From Deltaproteobacteria bacterium (lineage in GTDB: Bacteria > Desulfobacterota > DSM-4660 > Desulfatiglandales > Desulfatiglandaceae): a stretch of DNA of 64,000 bases. The DNA is taken from positions 19,357 through 83,356 of the forward strand of contig JAFDIS010000003.1 in assembly GCA_019307945.1 (NCBI GenBank), read 5' to 3'. This document shows, one piece after another, positions 18,158-27,368 of this stretch. Every line of letters starts with the position of its first letter. Within the stretch, counting starts at the first letter, position 1. The notes beneath the pieces are model-generated. The model ran no database searches and was not told the origin of the DNA. It saw only the letters and a program-made list of their open reading frames with translations. Both the position numbers and the translations under genes were made by a program.

Positions 18158-18901
18158 CTACTCCAGGTACCGCGTGGTCTTGAGCTTCTCCCCCAGCCTG
18201 TAGGCGATATGAAGTTTCAGCACCTCCCTGATCTGGGACACGACCTCGGGCCCCAGACCCATCCTTCGCAGGGCCTTCCAGTCACCCGACTGGATAAGCG
18301 CCAGGGCCCCCATGGCGGGAGGGTCGAGGGAAGGGGTCATTGCGTTCTCCTTTGCGCACCGCAGGCAACCGATGGCTCCCCGGGTTCGGAGAAAAACAGC
18401 GCGCCCCCGGCCTTCGTAGGGCCTCCCGCACCGGGAGCAGCATTCCAGTCCGATGCCGTAACCTCCGAGACTCATGGCCCTGCCCTCGAAGATGACCCTG
18501 AGCCGATCCCCCCGCTCGCCTTGATCCAGGGCTTCAAAGGCCCGCCTCAACAGGGCGAACATCCTGCGGTCTCCCACCCCCACGGGGAACAGAATTTCCG
18601 TGAGTTCCACCATGTAACTGCCGAGGCTGAGAGCGGAAAAGTCGCTCCTGAGCCCTGCAAAGGGATTGATGAGCCTGCAGGAGTCGAGGAACAGCATGTC
18701 CCCCTTGCCCCTGTCCACGTACTCCATGCGTGAAAGGCAGAAAAGGTCCAGGCAGTTGGGAAATCTCCTGCGGCTCCGCCGGGCGCCCTTGGCCACGCCT
18801 TTCAATCTGCCCGCATCCTCGGCGAAAAAACTCACCAGGAGATCCGATTCGCCGAACTCCCTGATCCGGAGGATGATTGCGGGGGAGATCACTGATCGCA
18901 T
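18158..18901 (-). CDS. recO: DNA repair protein RecO
   Basis: Starts MRSVISPAIILRIREFGESDLLVSFF (OB fold) and has a C-terminal zinc motif CSRCG...CLRC. The internal ATG at 18901 is preferred. Confidence 0.85.
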   Translation of the reverse strand: MRSVISPAIILRIREFGESDLLVSFFAEDAGRLKGVAKGARRSRRRFPNCLDLFCLSRMEYVDRGKGDMLFLDSCRLINPFAGLRSDFSALSLGSYMVELTEILFPVGVGDRRMFALLRRAFEALDQGERGDRLRVIFEGRAMSLGGYGIGLECCSRCGRPYEGRGRAVFLRTRGAIGCLRCAKENAMTPSLDPPAMGALALIQSGDWKALRRMGLGPEVVSQIREVLKLHIAYRLGEKLKTTRYLE

Positions 18902-18941
18902 ATGACGGTTCCCTGGCGGGGTGCCGCAAAAGGCATTGCGG

Positions 18942-18985
18942 GAAAAAGCCCCTTGCCGCACACCGGTTGGGCGACAAGGGGCTTT
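18942..18985 (-). terminator. Rho-independent terminator after the LEA_2 lipoprotein gene
   Basis: AGCCCCTTG pairs with CAAGGGGCT (9-10 bp stem), followed on the minus strand by TTTTT. Confidence 0.6.
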
Positions 18986-19015
18986 TCAGGATTTACCCTA
19001 CGATCCCTTCAATGT

Positions 19016-19609
19016 TCAGGGGAATTTCGCCTGGAAGGAGACCACCTTGGTCACGCCGCCCGCGCTGAATGTAGCCGCCCCTTCGTGCAGGGTCACCGGG
19101 ACCTTGAGTTCGGGCACCCCGGTCCACCATTTTTCCAGTGCCTGCCATGGATTCATCCCCATGGCCTTCAACTTGAAACCACCGGTCACCAGGAGGCTCA
19201 ACAGGGCCGAGCGCGCCGTGATCATGGTGGTGGCCCGCACCTGGTCCGTCTTGCCCGCCGGGATCCAGTAGGCATCGTCGTTGTTCACCGTGACCAGGTC
19301 GAAGCCTTCTATAGCCACCGTAAACCGGAAACCTTCCAACAGAACCGGGTAGGGGTTGGGGTTCTCGATATTGAACAGGAACGTCATCGGAAGGGGAGCC
19401 CCGCGGTCGCCGGGCCTGCCCTTGGTGGGTTTCACCTTCTTTGAATAGTACCAGAACCCATCATACTGGGGTACCATGAAGGACTCCAGCGTAATCACAG
19501 GCGTCTTGAAGTTGGAAGCCGTCGGTTTGGCGGTCATTCCCGCACAGGAGAACAACATGGCCACCCCGATAATCGCGATAACCAGGACTGCCAGATTTTT
19601 CCTCATCAT
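19016..19609 (-). CDS. LEA_2/WHy-like (LEA14-type) lipoprotein
   Basis: Starts MMRKNLAVLVIAIIGVAMLFSCAG (signal peptide plus lipobox Cys). The body is beta-rich (TFLFNIENPNPYPVLLEGFRFTVAIEGFDLV), typical of LEA_2. A GGAGG RBS precedes the ATG at 19609. Confidence 0.6.
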   Translation of the reverse strand: MMRKNLAVLVIAIIGVAMLFSCAGMTAKPTASNFKTPVITLESFMVPQYDGFWYYSKKVKPTKGRPGDRGAPLPMTFLFNIENPNPYPVLLEGFRFTVAIEGFDLVTVNNDDAYWIPAGKTDQVRATTMITARSALLSLLVTGGFKLKAMGMNPWQALEKWWTGVPELKVPVTLHEGAATFSAGGVTKVVSFQAKFP

Positions 19610-19664
19610 AGACCTCCGTGTAAGGAAGAGCGTGACACCGGTACCGGGTCCATGTTGCGGCCCG

Positions 19665-20474
19665 TTACGTAAGCCAGCGCTTTCTTCGTTTATAGTGCTT
19701 GACGTCTCGAAAGCTCTTTCTTCCACCCTTGTCGGTCAGCCCCAAATAGAAATCCTTGATATCCTCGTTGGCGCTCAACTTCTCGGAGCTGTCGTCCATG
19801 ACGATCCTGCCCGTCTCCATGACGTAGGCATACGGGGCCACGTTCAGGGCGAGCTTGGCGTTCTGCTCCACGAGCAGGATGGAGATATGCTCCTCTTTGT
19901 TGAGCTTGGTAATGATGTTGAAGATTTCATGGATGAGCTTGGGGGCAAGCCCCATGGAGGGTTCATCGAGGAGCACCAGCTTGGGCTCGGTCATCAAGGC
20001 CCTTCCCACCACGGTCATCTGCTGCTCGCCGCCGCTGACGAAGCCTGAGATCTCGTTACGTTTTTCCCGAAGTCGCGGGAAATAGTGGTACACGAGTTCC
20101 AGGCCGTCCCGCACCGAGCCGCTCTTTCGCAAGTGGGCGCCCACCTTGAGATTCTCTTCCACGGTCAGATGCTCGAAGACCCGCCTTCCCTCGATGACCT
20201 GGACGATGCCCATCTTGGCGATCATGGCGGCCCTCTCGTGATGGATGTGCCGCCCCTCGAACTCGATGGCTCCGTCTGTCACCTCGCCGTCCTCGGTCTT
20301 GAGCAGACCTGAAATCGCCTTGAGAGTCGTGCTCTTCCCGGCGCCGTTCGCCCCCAGGAGGGCCACGATCCCTCCCCGCGGGATCTCGATGGACACGCCC
20401 TTGAGGACCAGGATGACCTCATGGTACTTCACTTCGATGTTGTTGATCTTTAAAATCGCCTCTCCGGTATCCAA
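19665..20474 (-). CDS. livF: Branched-chain-amino-acid-type ABC transporter ATP-binding protein (LivF-like) with a basic C-terminal tail
   Basis: Contains GANGAGKST, SGGEQQM and LLDEPSMGL. There are about 25 extra C-terminal residues (KGGRKSFRDVKHYKRRKRWLT). Confidence 0.85.
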   Translation of the reverse strand: MDTGEAILKINNIEVKYHEVILVLKGVSIEIPRGGIVALLGANGAGKSTTLKAISGLLKTEDGEVTDGAIEFEGRHIHHERAAMIAKMGIVQVIEGRRVFEHLTVEENLKVGAHLRKSGSVRDGLELVYHYFPRLREKRNEISGFVSGGEQQMTVVGRALMTEPKLVLLDEPSMGLAPKLIHEIFNIITKLNKEEHISILLVEQNAKLALNVAPYAYVMETGRIVMDDSSEKLSANEDIKDFYLGLTDKGGRKSFRDVKHYKRRKRWLT

Positions 20475-20508
20475 GGCATTACCTCCAAGGGTGTTGGGTT
20501 GGCAGTCG

Positions 20509-21759
20509 CTACCATCCGAGCCATTCCTTGGCCCACTTGGCCGGCCAACGCTTCTTGAGATCCACGCGCTCCACCTCCACGAACTTGCCGTTCTTCCATT
20601 CCTGGATGAGGCACCCGGTCGTGGGTCGATGGTCCGTGGCGGTGAACGTGATGGGAGAGGCCCCCAGACCGATGTCGAACTTGCGCATGGTCTCGAAGCC
20701 CTTTGTCATGATACCGGGACCGGACAAATCCCCCGCCTTGTCGGCCCTCTTGAGGGCCTCCCAGGTGATCAGGGCGTCGCCCCAGGCCTGAATCGTCCGG
20801 ATCAGGCGTTTGGAGGTCGGAATACCGGGGTTATATTTCTTGGCCGTCCTGACCACTATGTCCATGTTCTTGTAATTCTGGCCGAAAAAGGCACATGGGG
20901 TGGCTCCCATCACCACCAGGTTGTCAGCGGCCTCACCTGCAAGCCGCGGCAGGTTTTCATCGAATCCCCAGTTGTTGATGATGAAATCGGCCCCCAGACC
21001 CAGGGCGTAGGCATCCCGCATGGTGGCCGCCACGCTCATGGTGGTGTTCCCATGCCATACCACGTCCGGTTTGAATTCTTTCAAAGCCATGATCTGGCTT
21101 TTGGTGTCCAGGGCAAAAAGGGAGACGTCCTGGTCCGGGCCGATCTCAAAGCCCAGCATGGCTGCATGATCTTTGATGGCCTTGATGGGCGCGCTGCAAT
21201 AAGGCGAGGCAAACATGTACGCACACGCGAACCGAGGCTTCCGTTTCCCGTAGTCAGGCTTAGTGGGCCACTTCTTGTCGAGCCAGGCCGTCAGGGCAGC
21301 CCTGGCGTTGGTGGAATAATCCGACGAGAAAAAGAGGTTGTAACGCGTCTTTTTCGGGTCCGTCAGATGGGCGGAGTAAGAAGCCGATACATACGGGATC
21401 TTGTCCTTGTTCACCGTCGGGGAAAGGGCCTCCGTGTCACCGGTTCCCCATCCCATGATGACGATGCTCCTCAGTCGCTTCAGGAGTTTATATTTTGTGA
21501 TGGCCTCCGGGATCCGGTAGCCGTAATCAAACCATGTGTATTTGACCTTCTTGCCGTTGATACCCCCCTGCTCGTTGATGTACTTCCACGCCTCTTCCAT
21601 GCCGATGGCGTAGTCCTTGCCCACGTCGGAAGTGGCGCCGGTGGTGTCCATGATTCCCCCGATCTTGATCTTGGCGGCCAGCGCGGCCGTGGAAAAGCCC
21701 GCAAGAAACGCCACTGCGACCATCGGCACCAAGAACCCAAGAAAAATACGCTTTTTCAT
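20509..21759 (-). CDS. ABC transporter periplasmic substrate-binding protein (LivK/type I PBP family)
   Basis: 416 aa. Signal peptide MKKRIFLGFLVPMVAVAFLAGFSTAALA. Sits in the operon between the permease and ATPase genes. Confidence 0.8.
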   Translation of the reverse strand: MKKRIFLGFLVPMVAVAFLAGFSTAALAAKIKIGGIMDTTGATSDVGKDYAIGMEEAWKYINEQGGINGKKVKYTWFDYGYRIPEAITKYKLLKRLRSIVIMGWGTGDTEALSPTVNKDKIPYVSASYSAHLTDPKKTRYNLFFSSDYSTNARAALTAWLDKKWPTKPDYGKRKPRFACAYMFASPYCSAPIKAIKDHAAMLGFEIGPDQDVSLFALDTKSQIMALKEFKPDVVWHGNTTMSVAATMRDAYALGLGADFIINNWGFDENLPRLAGEAADNLVVMGATPCAFFGQNYKNMDIVVRTAKKYNPGIPTSKRLIRTIQAWGDALITWEALKRADKAGDLSGPGIMTKGFETMRKFDIGLGASPITFTATDHRPTTGCLIQEWKNGKFVEVERVDLKKRWPAKWAKEWLGW

Positions 21760-21853
21760 CAGTCTCCCCCTTCATGCGGTTATCGTGAACGCGAATTGAA
21801 TCCCCATCGTCTCGTACCTGCCGGACGGCCCTGTAATCGCCTTCACCTCCTTT

Positions 21854-22954
21854 CTAATAAGAGAAGGGCCAGAGATTGAAGTAGTTTTTAGCCTGCCACC
21901 AGCGGTAGGCAAGCCCGTTGGGCTCATAGATCAAGAACGCGCAGATGGCCAGGCCGAAAGCCATCTCCTTTAGGGAAGCAAAGCTCATGAGGAGCTTGGG
22001 AAAATAGTCCGCCAGGGGAATCACCCCCACCTGCAGAAGTTCCATGATCACCACCATAAAAAAGGAGCCGAAAATGGCGCCGTGGATGGAGCCCACCCCG
22101 CCGATGAGGATGACGCCAACGAGCCACAGGGACCAGAACCACGGGAAGTGTTCGGGACTCAGCGCCGCCGTGTTGCTCACCCAAAAACCTCCCGCCACCC
22201 CGGCGAAAAATCCCGCCACAAAGAAGGCCAACAGCTTGTACCAGACGATGTTGATCCCGAGAGTCTCCGCCGCAATATCGTTGTCCCGGATGGCCACCCA
22301 GGCCCTACCCACCCGGGAGCGGAGCAAATTGGCCAACACGATCACCATGAGGGTCAGGATCACGGCCATCAGGTAATAGACCTCCCGCTCGCTGTCTATG
22401 ACCCAGGGTCCCACCTTGATGGTCCCGGGAGGAAGGGAAAAGGCCTGCCCCCTCCCTCCGATCCGGCTCACGTACTGGGTAAGAATAAAATCCACAGTGA
22501 TAAATTGGGCTGCCATGGTGGTTAAAATGAGGTAAAATCCCTTCACCTTGGCTGATGGGAGCCCGAAAAGCACCGACCAGATCCCGCCAAAGACGCCCGC
22601 CACAAGGACGCTGATGGGATAGGCCAGGCCCGCATCCATGATCCACTGAGGCCATGGAAATTGCAACACCAGCAGGGTGCTGGTGTATGCACCCACCGCA
22701 ATGAAGGCGGCGTGTCCCAAGGTCACCAGGCCCGTGTACCCGATGAGTAGTTGAACCCCCAGGGCACCCATGGCCGTATACCCCACCATGCTGGCCACGC
22801 TCATGACGTATCCTGAAAGGAATTGGGGGATGATAACGAAGATTACCGCCAGCAACAGGAGCATCTTGAACTTGATGAAACGCGTCTGCCACCATCCATG
22901 GTCCTCTGCGTAGCTCTGATGGTAATCGCCGCACGGCATCCAAACACTGGACAT
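21854..22954 (-). CDS. livM: Branched-chain-type ABC transporter permease (LivM-like)
   Basis: 366 aa, polytopic, with LivM-like loops (GYTGLVTLGHAAF, PEHF). Confidence 0.85.
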   Translation of the reverse strand: MSSVWMPCGDYHQSYAEDHGWWQTRFIKFKMLLLLAVIFVIIPQFLSGYVMSVASMVGYTAMGALGVQLLIGYTGLVTLGHAAFIAVGAYTSTLLVLQFPWPQWIMDAGLAYPISVLVAGVFGGIWSVLFGLPSAKVKGFYLILTTMAAQFITVDFILTQYVSRIGGRGQAFSLPPGTIKVGPWVIDSEREVYYLMAVILTLMVIVLANLLRSRVGRAWVAIRDNDIAAETLGINIVWYKLLAFFVAGFFAGVAGGFWVSNTAALSPEHFPWFWSLWLVGVILIGGVGSIHGAIFGSFFMVVIMELLQVGVIPLADYFPKLLMSFASLKEMAFGLAICAFLIYEPNGLAYRWWQAKNYFNLWPFSY

Positions 22955-23017
22955 GAAATTCTCCTCCCTTGATCCGTCCCTTCCCGCTTGTTCCCGAAGG
23001 GCCCAGGCCTTCCGATG

Positions 23018-23902
23018 TTAGACCCGCTCGATGCGCTCCCAGCCCCATAGGCCGTAAGGCTTGAAAAGGAGGAACACGGCCATGAAGGCAAAGGGCATGA
23101 TCTCCTTTACGCCGCCGGGGAAATACTGATCCAAATACGTGCCCGATAGGTTCTGAAGCACGCCTATGATGATCCCCCCCACGATGGCCCCCGGGATCGA
23201 GTTCAGCCCTCCCAGGACCACGGCGGGCAGCACCAGGAGACCCAGGTAACCCACTGAGATATTGATCCCGTTGATGTTTCCCAGCAGAGCGCCCCCCACC
23301 CCGGCGCTCATGAAGGCGATGGCCCAGGCCGCTGCGTACACGAACCGGGCACTCACCCCCAACGAGAGGGCGGCGGTTTCATCATCCGCCGTGGCCTGCA
23401 TGGAAAGCCCCCAGCGGGTGTACTTGAAAAATGCTACAAAGATGATCAGAAGGACGATGGCGAGGATGAAGGACCAAAGGTACACCGGAGAAATCTTCAC
23501 GAATCCGATGGTGATGGGTGACAGAGAAAAGACCGGCGGTTCGAACACCCTGGTGTCGTACCCCCAGACAAAACCCACCAGCCCTTTTAAGAAAAAGGAA
23601 AGGCCCACCGTCACCATGATCACCGTGAGAATGGGCTCCCCGATGAGCTTGTCCAGAAAGATCCGTTCGGTCAAAACGCCCAATACCACACCCACCAGGA
23701 GGGTCAGCACCACCGCAGGCACGAAGGGAATCCCCGCCTCGTAGAAGGAGAGGGTGACATACGCGCCGATGAGGGTCAACTCGCCCATGGCGAGGTTCAG
23801 CACGCCGGAGCACTTATAAATCAGCACCCACCCCAGGGCCACCAGGGCATAGATCCCTCCCACCATGATCCCCGTGATCAAGGTCATCGAAAATATTTCC
23901 AT
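23018..23902 (-). CDS. livH: Branched-chain-type ABC transporter permease (LivH-like)
   Basis: 294 aa. Contains GIYALVALGWVLIYKCSGVLNLAMGE and GGLNSIPGAIVGG. Confidence 0.85.
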   Translation of the reverse strand: MEIFSMTLITGIMVGGIYALVALGWVLIYKCSGVLNLAMGELTLIGAYVTLSFYEAGIPFVPAVVLTLLVGVVLGVLTERIFLDKLIGEPILTVIMVTVGLSFFLKGLVGFVWGYDTRVFEPPVFSLSPITIGFVKISPVYLWSFILAIVLLIIFVAFFKYTRWGLSMQATADDETAALSLGVSARFVYAAAWAIAFMSAGVGGALLGNINGINISVGYLGLLVLPAVVLGGLNSIPGAIVGGIIIGVLQNLSGTYLDQYFPGGVKEIMPFAFMAVFLLFKPYGLWGWERIERV

Positions 23903-23985
23903 CGTGGTTCATCCTCCCCAGGTCTGGTAATGGCAAAGGAAATTCAACGCGGCCCACCCCCCGTTTCCCGCCGGGGTGACCGCCT

Positions 23986-25920
23986 TCACACCTTGATCTC
24001 CTGGATGCGAAGATCGGTCTTGATGCGCTGTTCCCTGCCGTCTTCGTAAGTGATCGTCGTATCCATGTGCACCACGTCCGTGTCGCCGTAAAGGCCGTCC
24101 ACGATCTCCTTGTACCTCTTCTCCACAAAGGCACGCCGCAACTTACTGGTGCGGGTGAGTTCTTCGTCGTCCGCGTCGAAGACCTTGTAGAGGTTCACAA
24201 ACTTGCGGATCTTGGCGGGCCCGGGCAGGTCCTTGTTCGCTTCCTCGATCTGTTTCTGGACCAGATCATAGACCTCGGGCTTCTGGGAGAGTTCCGGGTA
24301 ACTGGTGTAATTGAGCTTCTTGTCGTCGGCCCACTTGCCCACCACGGCATAATCTATACACATGACCGCTGTCACATATTCCCGCTTATCGCCGATAACC
24401 CAGGCTTCCTGAATGAATGGACTGAATTTCAGGCGAGTTTCCAGGTACTGGGGAGAGAAAGGCCGACCGTCGCTCAGGGTCATGACGTCTTTCGAACGGT
24501 CGAATACCACCAGATGACCGTCCTCGTCGATGAAACCCCGATCCCCCGAGTAGAGCCAGCCGTCCACAAGGGTCTTCCGGGTGGCCTCATCATTCTTGTA
24601 GTAGCCCTTGAACACGGAGGGGCTTCGCGAGATGATCTCACCCTCTTCGGTGATCTTCACCTCGGTTTGCGGTATGGGCGTTCCCACCGTGTCGAATTTC
24701 ACGTCACCGCTCCGGTGTACGATGGAGATTCCCGCGATTTCCGTCTGCCCGTAAATCTGTTTCAGATTCACCCCGAGGGCATGGAAAAACCTGAAATGGT
24801 CCGGGCCCATGGCCGCCCCGCCCGTGTAGCACTGCCTGAGTCTCGACATGCCCAGGTGGTCCTTGAGTTTCTTCTGCATGGTGATGTAGGCGAGCCAATG
24901 GAGAATCTTGAGGTACCAGGGAACCGGCTGCTTCTCGAACTTCAGGTTCGCCACCTTGTACCCGATCTTGGTGGCGAATTCATAGACCCTGCGTTTGGTC
25001 CAGGTGGAATCGATGTACTTGACCTGAACACTCCTGGTCATGCCTTCGTAAAGCCGCGGGGGGGCAAACATCACGTGGGGTCCGATTTCGCGGATGTTTT
25101 CCTGCGCAGTGTCCGGTTCTTCGGGAAAGTTGAGGGTATAGCCCACCTGGAGGCCGCAGGAGATGGACATCATCTGCTCGCCGATCCAGGCGAAGGGAAG
25201 GTACGAAACAAAATCATCCGTCTCGTAGCAGGGATCCACATCCAGCAGATTCCTGCCCATGGTGAGCATGTTGTAATGGGTCAGAAGCGCCCCTTTGGGG
25301 AGTGCGGTGGTCCCGGAAGTATAAAAAAGGAGGCAGATGTCCTCTCCATCTCCCTCCTCCACCATCTTTTCGAAGAGGCCGGGTTCCTTGGCGTCCAGTT
25401 CGCGGCCCCTCGCCTGGACCTCCTTGAGACTCAGGAGAAAATCCTGGTCGTAGTTCCTCATCCCCTTGGGATCATCCCACAAGACCCATTCGAGCTTGGG
25501 GCACTGATCCTTGATGGCGAGGGCCTTGTCCACTTCCTCCTGGGTCTCTCCCACGAAGATCTTGGTGTCCGAATGGTCTATGATGTACTTGACCTCGTCC
25601 ATCATGCAGTCCTGGAAGAGCCAGACGCCGATACCGCCCGCACAGAGGGCGGCCATTTCCGCCCAAAGGCCTTCGGGGCGGTTGTCCCCGATCATGGCCA
25701 CCTTGTCCCCCCGCTTCAGGCCCAGGCTGACCATGCCAAGGGAGAGGTATTTGACGTTATCGTAATAATCCTGCCAGGTGTACGGTCTCCAGATCCCGAA
25801 CTCTTTTTCCCTCATCGCCACTTTGTTCTTGCCGAACTTCTTACACTGCCGGACAAAAAGCTTGGGGATGGTGAGGTCCTTTGTGATCTCTATCCTCGTG
25901 CTGCTCATGGTATCGCTCAC
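23986..25920 (-). CDS. AMP-dependent acyl-CoA synthetase/ligase (long-chain fatty-acid-CoA-ligase-like) embedded in the ABC operon
   Basis: 644 aa with YTSGTTALPKGALLTH (AMP-binding motif), QIYGQTE and SGDRGFIDEDGHLVVFDRSKD. Its start overlaps the livG stop. Confidence 0.85.
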   Translation of the reverse strand: MSDTMSSTRIEITKDLTIPKLFVRQCKKFGKNKVAMREKEFGIWRPYTWQDYYDNVKYLSLGMVSLGLKRGDKVAMIGDNRPEGLWAEMAALCAGGIGVWLFQDCMMDEVKYIIDHSDTKIFVGETQEEVDKALAIKDQCPKLEWVLWDDPKGMRNYDQDFLLSLKEVQARGRELDAKEPGLFEKMVEEGDGEDICLLFYTSGTTALPKGALLTHYNMLTMGRNLLDVDPCYETDDFVSYLPFAWIGEQMMSISCGLQVGYTLNFPEEPDTAQENIREIGPHVMFAPPRLYEGMTRSVQVKYIDSTWTKRRVYEFATKIGYKVANLKFEKQPVPWYLKILHWLAYITMQKKLKDHLGMSRLRQCYTGGAAMGPDHFRFFHALGVNLKQIYGQTEIAGISIVHRSGDVKFDTVGTPIPQTEVKITEEGEIISRSPSVFKGYYKNDEATRKTLVDGWLYSGDRGFIDEDGHLVVFDRSKDVMTLSDGRPFSPQYLETRLKFSPFIQEAWVIGDKREYVTAVMCIDYAVVGKWADDKKLNYTSYPELSQKPEVYDLVQKQIEEANKDLPGPAKIRKFVNLYKVFDADDEELTRTSKLRRAFVEKRYKEIVDGLYGDTDVVHMDTTITYEDGREQRIKTDLRIQEIKV

Positions 25921-26738
25921 CTCCGAGTCGAATACAGATCTTCTTCACCCAGGTAGGCCTTGATCACATCAGGATTTTTCTGGACCTCCTCAGGGGGGCC
26001 GTCCGTGATCTGGTTTCCGAAATTCAGGACAAAAACATTGTGGGAAATATCCATGACGACACCCATATCGTGCTCCACGAGGATGCAGGTGACCTTCCAG
26101 CGCTCCTCCTCGTTGATGTCGAGAATGAACCGGGCCATGTCCTCCACCTCTTCCAGATTCAGACCCGCCAGGGGCTCGTCCAGGAGCAGAAGTTCGGGGT
26201 TCAGGGCAAGGGCGCGGCCCAGTTCCACGCGCTTCTGGAGACCGTAGGGGAGCATGTGCACCGTCTTGTCCCTGATGCTTTCGATTTCCAGAAGATCAAT
26301 GATCTCCTCCTCGATGAACTTGCGCGATTCCAGTTCCTCCTGTTTCGTTTTTCCCACGTATATGGATCCGCTCACGATGCCTGATTTGAGATGGATATGT
26401 CGGCCCAGGCGGATGTTGTCCAGGACGGTCATGCCGCCGAACAGTTCGATCTTCTGGAAGGTCCTGGAGATTCCCAGGGCGGCCCGGCTGTGCGGACTCA
26501 AATCGTTGATCCGCTCTCCTTTGAAGTAAATGTCGCCCTTTTGGGGTTTGTAAAGACCGTTGATGCAGTTCATCATGACGGTCTTGCCGGCGCCGTTGGG
26601 GCCTATGATGGAGTGGATCTCCCCCTTTTTCACCTCCAGGTCGATCCCCGCAAGGGCCGCCACTTTGCCGAAGGACATGTGGATATCTTCGAGCTTCAAA
26701 AGGGTTTCGCCCTGTTTGATCTGCCCCGTTCGCGCCAT
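25917..26738 (-). CDS. livG: Branched-chain-type ABC transporter ATP-binding protein (LivG-like)
   Basis: Contains GPNGAGKTV, LPYGLQKRVELGRAL and LLLDEPLAGL. Confidence 0.88.
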   Translation of the reverse strand: MARTGQIKQGETLLKLEDIHMSFGKVAALAGIDLEVKKGEIHSIIGPNGAGKTVMMNCINGLYKPQKGDIYFKGERINDLSPHSRAALGISRTFQKIELFGGMTVLDNIRLGRHIHLKSGIVSGSIYVGKTKQEELESRKFIEEEIIDLLEIESIRDKTVHMLPYGLQKRVELGRALALNPELLLLDEPLAGLNLEEVEDMARFILDINEEERWKVTCILVEHDMGVVMDISHNVFVLNFGNQITDGPPEEVQKNPDVIKAYLGEEDLYSTRR

Positions 26739-26777
26739 GTCGCCTGGCCTCCCCTTATCGAGTCGTAATCAGCAGTG

Positions 26778-26927
26778 CTTCAGCAGGCCGTCGAAAAACT
26801 GTTGCGCTTATCGGTACTCAGGCTAAAATTCGGCTCGAAATATTCACTTCCTACTTAAAGCGCGCTTTTTAGCCTCATTTTGCCCCGCCTTGTCTGCGCT
26901 CGCTGCGTTTTTCAACGCCCTGTTAGG
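26778..26927 (+). repeat. Copy A of a roughly 150-bp intergenic repeat with imperfect terminal inverted repeats (MITE/REP-like)
   Basis: The left end CTTCAGCAGGCCGTCGAAAAACTGTTGCGC matches the reverse complement of the right end GCGCTCGCTGCGTTTTTCAACGCCCTGTTAGG. The whole element aligns to the reverse complement of 35441-35575, with about 26/34 identical at the first end and shared internal CCTCATTT and GCTCGC..CGTTTTTC blocks. Confidence 0.65.
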
Positions 26928-27368
26928 TAAGATTTAGTCAGTGCAGGATGGATTCGGGCCTTTATTGTCCCCCGGCCCGACGCAACTATACCCTTTACTG
27001 CCTCCACCCCCGTTTGTCAACATGTTTGATGGAAGAGGCACGATATTTTTGTTCTGTACACAAAGTGATGTAATTACGCTGGGTTATGTGAATATCCGAT
27101 CGGCTAAGCAAATAAATATAAAATAGCTAGTTATTCCAATAAGTTTTGGATTGTGGTTTGTTCTCAAGCTCTTATTCTTAAAGGGTTGCGGGTTAGAACA
27201 AATTTATCGTGATGGTAGAGGGCGCACCGGCCCCCCGGCGAAGCCCGGACAGGCAAAGGGCCGGCCCCCGGGCGCCGCTTCCCACAAACCGCCGACGAGG
27301 GTGAACGGCCCTCACCTTTTCAAGAAAAGGGCCGACCGGACGTCCGTGGCCGCAGACTCCGTCAGGCC

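Noticed and set aside
26941-27126. 61-aa ORF inside the AT-rich island upstream of the livG operon.
   Set aside because: No RBS, an odd composition (a Pro-rich start, then an AT-driven Ile/Asn/Lys tail), and it straddles the GC-to-AT transition. Most likely non-coding.
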